NCBI GenBank assembly: GCA_965227295.1
Contig: OZ245742.1
Location: forward strand, 832,001 to 896,000
Direction of reading: 5' to 3'
Length of the DNA stretch: 64,000 nucleotides
Source: Leptonemataceae bacterium
GTDB lineage: Bacteria; Spirochaetota; Leptospiria; Leptospirales; Leptonemataceae
The position numbers and the translations under genes are program-made. The stretch's first letter is position 1. Each line of letters begins with the position of its first letter. The notes under the pieces are model-generated. The model made no database searches, was not told the origin of the DNA, and saw nothing but the letters and a program-made list of their open reading frames with translations. Of this stretch, positions 36,879-44,319 are shown piece after piece.

Positions 36879-36961
36879 TTGTATGCATTGCACTATAATC
36901 ATGTAGCAGTGCTTCAGTCCTCTTCTATACTGTGGAGCAGACTGAATGGAGGCGTAAGGCC

Positions 36962-38755
36962 ATGATCGAGATAAAATTCGGCAAACGCAAAGTCGTAAGT
37001 TACCGCGGCAACCGCATGGTGGTGGGCGGTCTCACGGCCAAGAACAAGATCGACATCCTCTTGTACATCAGCAAGGAGCTGGCGAACACGAACAGCCAGG
37101 ACGAGCTGTACGACCGGGTCCTCGGACTCTGCGAGGAGATCTTCGAGGTCGACAACGTTACCCTGCGTCTCTGGGACGGTGAGTCCCTGCATCCCCATCG
37201 ATTCCTGAAAGAAACGGATCCGCCGCGCCGGGACCTGGAAGAAGGCGAAGGCTATTCCGGCCAGGTTCTCGCCACGCGCACGTCGCTTCTCGTCCCGGAC
37301 CTCGCCCGGCACCCGGAACTCATCGACGAGGGCGAGACCACGCTCTGCGTCGTCTGCGTACCCGTCATGTACAAGGACACGGTGCTCGGAACGATCTCTG
37401 TAGAAAAAGACATCCAGTACTTCTACAAGCAGGACGACCTGGAAATTCTCGAGGCTCTGGCTTCGCAGCTCGGTCTCGCTCTAAACGAGGTTCGCCTCAT
37501 CGAAGGTCTCATCGATGCGCAGAAACGTATCAACGACGACCTGAAGATGGGCCGCATCGTGCAGGGGCAGATCGTGCGCACGGACATTCAACCGTGGAAC
37601 AGCGTACACTTCGGCTGCCACTACGAACCCATGGTGGAAGTCTCCGGGGACTACTTCGACGTCATTCGCAAAGGCAACTCACTCTCCGTCCTCGCGGCGG
37701 ACGTATCCGGCCACGGTGTTTCCGCGGCCCTCGTTACCGTCACGATTCACCATGAATTCCAGCGCTGCGTGGATGCCGGCATGGGCCTGCCCGAAATCAT
37801 GGAAGCCCTGGGCGAGTCCATTCGGCCCAAGCTGCCGGACGAAACGTACTTCACCGCTCAGATCTTTCGCATCTACGCGGATCAGAGCTATTCGTTCGTA
37901 AATGCCGGTCACAATAAGTTAATCCACTACGTGCGTCAGTCGAATTCGTTTGATCAGATCGACGCTCCCGGCATTCCGCTCGGAATCGTACAGGCCCACC
38001 GGAACGACTACCAGGAAATCTTCGGCAAACTCGAACCCGGGGACATCCTCATCTCTTACTCCGACGGCTTCATTGAACAACGCAACGAGCAGGGCGAAGA
38101 GACCGGCCTCGAACGTCTGCTCTACTGGCTGCACGACGAGAACTCAAAGCTCATGGAACTGGAACCGGGCTTTACCGTTTCCAGGCTGGCGGATCAGGTG
38201 GTGGAACGCTGGAAAGAGCACGTGGGCAACGTCCCGCGGCAGGACGACGTCAGCATGGTTATGGCCATGGCGAACCCGAAACTTCCGGAAGCGCAGGATC
38301 TGTACAAAAAAGCCCGCAAGGCTCTCAGTGACGGCCAGTCCTCACGAGCGCTGAGCTACGGCACCTCGGCCTACCAGTTGGAGCCGTCTTTGCACGATAA
38401 CCTCTTGCTGATCGCGAAGCTCTACTACCGGGACGGCGACTACGAGACGGCAGCGAAGTACTTAGAAGAATACGTAGAAACCAGCGGGGAGCGTAGCGCC
38501 CAGACGTTCTTCATGCTCGGCAACATCTATTACAAAGGCGGCGAATTCCTGAAGGCGAAGCGTGAGTTCAAGCAGTCGCTTTCGGTCGATCACGCCTTCA
38601 GCGACTCCAGCCTCATGCTGGCCCGCTGCTACTTGAAAGAAAAACAAAGTCCCAAGGCGGTCAAAACTCTGCGCCAGGCGATCAAGAGTTCGCCGGGCAA
38701 CGATCAACTGCGCCAGGCGCTGGCAAAGATTGAACAACAGCAGACGGGAGCATAA
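36962..38755 (+). CDS. GAF-PP2C(SpoIIE/RsbU)-TPR phosphatase
   Basis: GAF (GEGYSGQV, CVPV..VLGTI), PP2C motifs GDYFD, ADVSGHG, NAGH, YSDG, DDVS, C-terminal TPRs; GGAGG SD. Confidence 0.9.
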   Translation: MIEIKFGKRKVVSYRGNRMVVGGLTAKNKIDILLYISKELANTNSQDELYDRVLGLCEEIFEVDNVTLRLWDGESLHPHRFLKETDPPRRDLEEGEGYSGQVLATRTSLLVPDLARHPELIDEGETTLCVVCVPVMYKDTVLGTISVEKDIQYFYKQDDLEILEALASQLGLALNEVRLIEGLIDAQKRINDDLKMGRIVQGQIVRTDIQPWNSVHFGCHYEPMVEVSGDYFDVIRKGNSLSVLAADVSGHGVSAALVTVTIHHEFQRCVDAGMGLPEIMEALGESIRPKLPDETYFTAQIFRIYADQSYSFVNAGHNKLIHYVRQSNSFDQIDAPGIPLGIVQAHRNDYQEIFGKLEPGDILISYSDGFIEQRNEQGEETGLERLLYWLHDENSKLMELEPGFTVSRLADQVVERWKEHVGNVPRQDDVSMVMAMANPKLPEAQDLYKKARKALSDGQSSRALSYGTSAYQLEPSLHDNLLLIAKLYYRDGDYETAAKYLEEYVETSGERSAQTFFMLGNIYYKGGEFLKAKREFKQSLSVDHAFSDSSLMLARCYLKEKQSPKAVKTLRQAIKSSPGNDQLRQALAKIEQQQTGA

Positions 38756-38759
38756 TCGT

Positions 38760-40178
38760 ATGCGCAAAAACTTCCACATCGTTCTCATTACCCTGACACT
38801 TCTCTGTGCGGGGAGCGGCGTCGTGTTCGCACAGGATGCCGAGGCCGACGGCACGGAAAACACGCCGTCCATAGAATCCCTGCAAGAGGAAAATCGCAAG
38901 TTAAGCGAAAGCCTCGAAACCTTCAAAGGCGACGTGGACATCCTCTGGATTTGTCTCGCGGCCTTTCTGGTATTCGCCATGCAGCCCGGCTTTGCCTTTG
39001 TCGAAGCCGGCTTCATTCGCACCAAGAACGTCGTGAACCTGCTCATGAAGAACCTGGTGGATTTCAGCGCGGGTTCGTTGTTCTTCTGGCTCTCCGGGTT
39101 TTCGCTGATGTTCGGTCCGTTGCTGATCTCCGGCATCGGCCTGGGAGACCCTGGTCTCGCGCATCCGCTGTTGAACGACTCCGACGGCAATCCGGTGAAA
39201 TGGAACTACGCGTTCTTCATTTTCCAGCTCGTGTTCTGCGCCACGGCCGCCACGATCGTTTCCGGCGCCATTGCGGAACGCACGAAGTTCCACGCCTACA
39301 TCGTCAGTACCATCATCATCTCCGGGTTCATTTATCCGATCTTCGGCAGCCTGGCGTGGTCGAATCTGTTCGTCGGCGACAACGTCGGCTACCTGGCGGA
39401 GATCGGCTTCATCGACTTCGCGGGCTCTACCGTGGTCCACAGCGTCGGTGGTTGGCTCGGACTCGCCGGCGCCATCATCGTCGGACCGCGCATCGGTAAG
39501 TATCAAAGCGACGGCGCCATCTTGCCGATATTCGGACACAACATGTCCATGGCCACCCTCGGCGCCTTTCTGTTATGGTTCGGCTGGTTCGGCTTTAACC
39601 CGGGCAGTACCACCGCTGTCGGCGGCGGCGACCTGGCGGTCATTGCGGTCACGACGAATATTGCCGCGGCCTGTGGCGGTCTCGGAGCCATGATTACGTC
39701 CTGGCTTCTGTTTCGCCGCCCGGACATCAGCATGATGATCAACGGCGTGCTCTCCGGTCTCGTGGCGATCACGGCGCCGTGCGCGAACGTCAGCATCCCG
39801 GGCGCCGCGGCCATCGGCGTCATAGCCGGCATCATCTGCGTTTTCTCGGTTATCTTCTTCGATAAGATTCGCGTCGACGATCCCGTCGGTGCGATTTCCG
39901 TACACGGCGTCGGCGGAGCCTGGGGCACACTGGCCGTGGGCATCTTCGCGCATCCGCAGTTCGGCGGAACCGCCGGCCTCATCCACGGCGGCGGCTTCGA
40001 ACTCCTGGGCATTCAGGCCATCGGCGTCGGACTCGGTTTCGCCTGGGCCTTCGGTTGCGGACTGATTCTGTTCGGCTTGATTCGACTGACGATGGGCATG
40101 CGCGTGAGCGAAGAAGAAGAACTGGAAGGACTCGATATCATCGAACACGGCAACCAGGCGTATCCGGAATCCGCGTGA
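38760..40178 (+). CDS. amtB: Ammonium transporter (Amt family)
   Basis: MQPGFAFVEAG, FQLVFCA, SGAIAER, DFAGSTVVH, LWFGWFGFN, DDPVGAISVH (twin His), EELEGLD. Confidence 0.96.
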   Translation: MRKNFHIVLITLTLLCAGSGVVFAQDAEADGTENTPSIESLQEENRKLSESLETFKGDVDILWICLAAFLVFAMQPGFAFVEAGFIRTKNVVNLLMKNLVDFSAGSLFFWLSGFSLMFGPLLISGIGLGDPGLAHPLLNDSDGNPVKWNYAFFIFQLVFCATAATIVSGAIAERTKFHAYIVSTIIISGFIYPIFGSLAWSNLFVGDNVGYLAEIGFIDFAGSTVVHSVGGWLGLAGAIIVGPRIGKYQSDGAILPIFGHNMSMATLGAFLLWFGWFGFNPGSTTAVGGGDLAVIAVTTNIAAACGGLGAMITSWLLFRRPDISMMINGVLSGLVAITAPCANVSIPGAAAIGVIAGIICVFSVIFFDKIRVDDPVGAISVHGVGGAWGTLAVGIFAHPQFGGTAGLIHGGGFELLGIQAIGVGLGFAWAFGCGLILFGLIRLTMGMRVSEEEELEGLDIIEHGNQAYPESA

Positions 40179-40208
40179 GAGCCCGCGCAGTAGTGCACGG
40201 CGTTAGTT

Positions 40209-40880
40209 TTAGAAAATTTCGCGAAAGGGATCGCCGCCGCTGAGGTGGGCGGTGTCGTTCCAGGCCATCAATCGAAAGTAGCCGCCGTGATCGCGGGCAA
40301 AGACGCGACTTACGGCGGTGTTTGCTTTCAGGGCCCGCAGTGCAAAGTGCGGGCCGGTTTCCATTAAGACGGCGCCGAGGCATCGCAACAGGTTCCCGTG
40401 AGCCACGATAAACGTGCGGTGCACGTCTTTTTCCGCAACGGCGTCGACGGGCGCCAACGCCCGGCTCCAATCCGTACGGAAGTTGCGGCAACGATTCATG
40501 ACGTCCAGCAGGCTCTCGCCGTTCGGATAACGAACGTCCACGGAACGGCGGATGTTCTTCAGTAATTCCGCATCCACCTCATCGTTGCGGCGACCTTCCC
40601 AGTCCCCGCAGCGAATTTCGCGCAGATCATCGTGCAGGCCTTCGTCCGGCAGCGCACGGCTCACCGCTCCTCGAATGAGTTGCGACGTCTGACGGGCCCG
40701 TCCCTGAGGCGAACAGTACCAACGATCGATGTGGATGCCGGAACGCTCCAGGGCCTCGCCGAGCAGCACGGCCTCGTTGCGCCCGCGCTCGGTAAGGGGC
40801 GAGTCGAGACCGCCCTGCATACGGCCCTCGCGATTGTACTCGGTTTCTCCGTGACGGACTAAGATGATTTCTGTATACAT
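40209..40880 (-). CDS. Histidine phosphatase family protein
   Basis: LVRHGETEYN, SPQGRARQT, LREI..GDWEG, VAHG. Confidence 0.93.
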   Translation of the reverse strand: MYTEIILVRHGETEYNREGRMQGGLDSPLTERGRNEAVLLGEALERSGIHIDRWYCSPQGRARQTSQLIRGAVSRALPDEGLHDDLREIRCGDWEGRRNDEVDAELLKNIRRSVDVRYPNGESLLDVMNRCRNFRTDWSRALAPVDAVAEKDVHRTFIVAHGNLLRCLGAVLMETGPHFALRALKANTAVSRVFARDHGGYFRLMAWNDTAHLSGGDPFREIF

Positions 40881-40893
40881 TAAGCGGTTGATA

Positions 40894-41568
40894 TCACCAA
40901 TCGTAGAAGCGAATCTCCGAGATGCAGGTATCCGGGGCCTTCGCGCCCTCGGAATCCACGGCAAGGATTTTCACTTCCAGGCCCTGGTAATCCATGGCGG
41001 TCATGTCCTGGGTGAACATGGGGCGGAAGTCCAGGTACTGCTTCTTGGGGAATGCGTTGCGGCCGGAGATCAGTTCACCGACAACGTAGGCCTCGTACGA
41101 ATCCTCGGCCTTCGCTTCGGCCGTTTTGCGAAACTGAACACGTATCCTTTTCACGCGATGATTGTTGCGCCACACGGCCGGATTCCTCGCGTAGCCGGGA
41201 ACGATCATCATGGCGGCGGGCACGTGGGTTTCGGTAAACACGTAGTTTACCTGTTCGTATCTACCGGGCCCGTCCGCGCCTTCGCACCACGCCGTCGACC
41301 GATCGTCGTCGCTCAGGTTGGCAACACCGTAGCGGCTGTCGGGAGCCAGCGTGCTCGACGCTTCCACGGAAGCCACGGCCTTCACCCGGCTAATGTCCAG
41401 CGGTTCGCCGACGGGGGTGCCGTCGTACCACAACAAACGCTTCGGTTGAAAGACGGCCTTCGAAACGGGCTCGTCCTCGGCTCCAGCCGGAGTACACGCC
41501 GTAAGCGCCGTAAATGTGAGCATCGTAAGAAGGGCGAAACTGTATCTGATGATTCCCATTGACCTCAT
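40894..41568 (-). CDS. Lipoprotein with discoidin/NADase-type glycan-binding-like beta-sandwich
   Basis: Lipobox LTAC; ASSTL..Y..NL.D....TAWCEG..GPG, NHRVKRI, DTCISEIRFY. Confidence 0.7.
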   Translation of the reverse strand: MRSMGIIRYSFALLTMLTFTALTACTPAGAEDEPVSKAVFQPKRLLWYDGTPVGEPLDISRVKAVASVEASSTLAPDSRYGVANLSDDDRSTAWCEGADGPGRYEQVNYVFTETHVPAAMMIVPGYARNPAVWRNNHRVKRIRVQFRKTAEAKAEDSYEAYVVGELISGRNAFPKKQYLDFRPMFTQDMTAMDYQGLEVKILAVDSEGAKAPDTCISEIRFYDW

Positions 41569-41610
41569 ACCAACCTGTAGCTTTGTAGACGCAACGTAAA
41601 CTTGAATTCT

Positions 41611-42444
41611 ATGACCGCATCCTCTCGCAACCAGGAACTCCGGCGCAGACTGGACGCCATCGAAAAAATCTTACCGGAAGTCGAAGACGTCCTCCGGCGC
41701 ATTCAAACCGACGAAAGCGAAGACCTGGGCGTTCGCACAAAAACAAACGATATGGACCTGGTAACCCGCGCCGACCTGGAAAGCGAACGCATGATCAAGG
41801 CGGCTATTACCGACAACTTTCCGGACGACGCCATACTGGCCGAAGAGAGCGGGCACAGCGGCGACGAACAGGCGGAGTTCCTGTGGGCCATCGATCCCGT
41901 GGACGGAACCATCAACTACGCCCACGGCCTCCCGCTCTACTGCGTGTCCATCGGCATCCTGTGCCGGAATCGCCCGGTGGCGGGCATCGTTGCCATGCCG
42001 GCGCTCCGAGACCGGTATCGATCCATCGAAGGCGAAGGCGCTTTTAAGAACGGTCATGCGATTCGAGTCAGCGCAACGGACGATTTCTCGCGATCGTTGA
42101 CGGTTACAGGCTTCCCCTATGATCGCGAACGAGTCATGGACGATCTCTTAACCGGTGTTCGTCGCGTGTTAGAGCGGGCCCGGGGCGTACGGCGCACCGG
42201 CAGCGCGGCCCTGGATCTCTGCTGGCTTGCCGAGGGCCGCTTCGATGCCTACTACGAAACAAACCTCAATCCCTGGGACACCTGTGCCGGCACGGTCATC
42301 CTGCGCGAAGCCGGCGGGCGCATCAGTGACTTCAGCGGCACCGACCACGTCCCGGGGGACTACCAGATCGCCGCGTCTAACGGCATCGTGCACGACGCTC
42401 TAATCAAAGCGGTGCAGTCCATCGCTCATATGCAGCGCGGCTGA
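41611..42444 (+). CDS. suhB: Inositol monophosphatase family protein
   Basis: VTRAD, ILAEES, WAIDPVDGTINY, RRTGSAALD, PWDTCAG. Confidence 0.93.
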   Translation: MTASSRNQELRRRLDAIEKILPEVEDVLRRIQTDESEDLGVRTKTNDMDLVTRADLESERMIKAAITDNFPDDAILAEESGHSGDEQAEFLWAIDPVDGTINYAHGLPLYCVSIGILCRNRPVAGIVAMPALRDRYRSIEGEGAFKNGHAIRVSATDDFSRSLTVTGFPYDRERVMDDLLTGVRRVLERARGVRRTGSAALDLCWLAEGRFDAYYETNLNPWDTCAGTVILREAGGRISDFSGTDHVPGDYQIAASNGIVHDALIKAVQSIAHMQRG

Positions 42445-42445
42445 G

Positions 42446-42949
42446 ATGGAAACAACGCCGAACGCTCCGCTCGATGTTCGCCGCGTGGAAGCTGCGGCCT
42501 TTGACGAGTTAACCGCGAAACTTGCGCACTTGCTGCTGGAAGCCGATCCGTCCCGCGACAGAGTCGCCGCTTATGTTAAGACCGGTGAATGTTACGCAGC
42601 CTACGCGGGCGACCGGTTGGTCGGCGTCTACGTCCTGGTTCCCCCGGATCGCCCGGAAGATGCCGACGCCCTGGAACTGATCAACATTGCGGTCGCCGAA
42701 GAACGTCGCGGCACCGGCCTCGGCCGCCGACTGATCGAAGACGCCGTCGAACGGGCACGCCGTGCCGGCGTATCCCGCCTGGTCCTCGGCACGGGGAACT
42801 CAAGCATCGATCAAATTGCGTTTTATCAGAAGCGCGGCTTTTGTATTACGGGTGTGGACCGGGACTTCTTTGTACGCAACTACGACGAACCGATCTACGA
42901 AAACGGGATTCAGTGCCGGGACATGATTCGTTTTGAGTTGCTGTTGTAA
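42446..42949 (+). CDS. GNAT acetyltransferase
   Basis: NIAVAEERRGTGLG, GTGNSS..FYQKRGF, ENGIQCRDMI. Confidence 0.92.
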   Translation: METTPNAPLDVRRVEAAAFDELTAKLAHLLLEADPSRDRVAAYVKTGECYAAYAGDRLVGVYVLVPPDRPEDADALELINIAVAEERRGTGLGRRLIEDAVERARRAGVSRLVLGTGNSSIDQIAFYQKRGFCITGVDRDFFVRNYDEPIYENGIQCRDMIRFELLL

Positions 42950-42979
42950 CCTGAACGCTCCGGAGAATGCACTGCCCTC

Positions 42980-43666
42980 TCAGTCAGAGCCTTTACGAAT
43001 CACATCGCTGCTCGGACAAATATCGTTCAACACACACTCATCACACAGCCGCTTCTTTGCCGTACACCATTTGCGACCGAGAAAGATGAGATACAACGAC
43101 CACTCACGCCAGGCCTTCTTCGGTACAATTTCCACGAGATCCCGCTCAACCTTCACGGCGTCCTTGTGCTGCGTGAGACCGAGCAACCGGGAGATGCGGC
43201 CGACGTGGGTGTCCACGACGACGCCCTGGTTCGCACCGTAAAGTTCCTGTGAGATAACATTAGCCGTCTTCCGACCGATGCCGGGAAGCCCGACCAGTTC
43301 TTTCAAATCCCGCGGGATCACTCCGTCGTAGCGTTCGTTCAGGAGGCGGGCGAACTCGCGGATGTTCTTCGCTTTGTTCTTATAGAAGCCCGTGGAATAG
43401 ATGAGCTTTTCGAGACGCGCGAGCGGCTTCGTGTAAAAATCGCGGACGGTGGAGAACTCGGCGAAGAGGGCCGGCGTGACCTTGTTGACCATCTCGTCCG
43501 TGCACTGGGCCGAGAGAATCACCGCGATGGCCAGTTCGTGAGGGTGCCGGTAATGGAGCGGGGTTTCGGCGGCGCCGAAGACCTTCTTCAGGCGCCGGAG
43601 GACCTCTTTCGCCAGGGCAGGCGGGTCGAGGCCCGGTTGCGACGGCTTACGGGGGGACTTTGCCAA
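42980..43666 (-). CDS. nth: Endonuclease III
   Basis: LSAQCTD, HhH LPGIGRKTANV, VDTHV, [4Fe-4S] Cx6Cx2Cx5C. Confidence 0.96.
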   Translation of the reverse strand: MAKSPRKPSQPGLDPPALAKEVLRRLKKVFGAAETPLHYRHPHELAIAVILSAQCTDEMVNKVTPALFAEFSTVRDFYTKPLARLEKLIYSTGFYKNKAKNIREFARLLNERYDGVIPRDLKELVGLPGIGRKTANVISQELYGANQGVVVDTHVGRISRLLGLTQHKDAVKVERDLVEIVPKKAWREWSLYLIFLGRKWCTAKKRLCDECVLNDICPSSDVIRKGSD

Positions 43667-43909
43667 TCAGGCTTTCAGGACAGAGAGGTCCTGGCCGTAC
43701 TTCTTCATGAGGCTCTTGACCCCGCGATTGTTCAGGGTTTTGAGCATGCGTGCGGACAGCTTGAGGCGGACCCAACGGTTCTCGTCGGCCAGATAGACCT
43801 TCTTCGTAACCAGGTTTACCTTGAACTTGCGCCGGGTCTTGCGGTGCGAGTGAGAGACATTGTTCCCGGAAGCGGTCTGTTTCCCGGAGATTTGACAGCG
43901 TCTGGCCAT
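43667..43909 (-). CDS. rpmB: 50S ribosomal protein L28
   Basis: MARRCQISGK..GNNVSHSHRKTRRKFKVNL. Confidence 0.96.
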   Translation of the reverse strand: MARRCQISGKQTASGNNVSHSHRKTRRKFKVNLVTKKVYLADENRWVRLKLSARMLKTLNNRGVKSLMKKYGQDLSVLKA

Positions 43910-44010
43910 AGTGCCGACCAGATCCCCCGGCTGGCCTCCCCGGTCAAGCAAGACCCCGCATTTTAGAAGAAACATTTGCAAGATTCACCCGGCCCACCAT
44001 GCTCTCCGAT

Positions 44011-44247
44011 ATGGGCGTGATACGCGACATCGACAAGGGCGGCGGTGAGATCATCCGGGTGGAAGTCTCCGAGTTCCGGGGCCAACAATATCTGAACCTC
44101 CGGGTCTGGTATACAGACAAAAACAGCGGGGAGTACAAGCCTACCCAGAAGGGCGTCGCCGTGCGGCTGGATCTCTACGATCAGCTCAAGCAGGCCGTCC
44201 TGGACGCGGAAACGGAAATCCGTGCGGCCGGCTCCGGCGATGCCTGA
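44011..44247 (+). CDS. PC4/YdbC-like ssDNA-binding protein
   Basis: [26 protein letters not shown] motif. Confidence 0.88.
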   Translation: MGVIRDIDKGGGEIIRVEVSEFRGQQYLNLRVWYTDKNSGEYKPTQKGVAVRLDLYDQLKQAVLDAETEIRAAGSGDA

Positions 44248-44319
44248 GCGGACCGTTTTCAAATTTAGCCGATAATAGAAGGGCGGTCCTGTTCTCGAAT
44301 CCGGGCCGTCTTTCGACCT

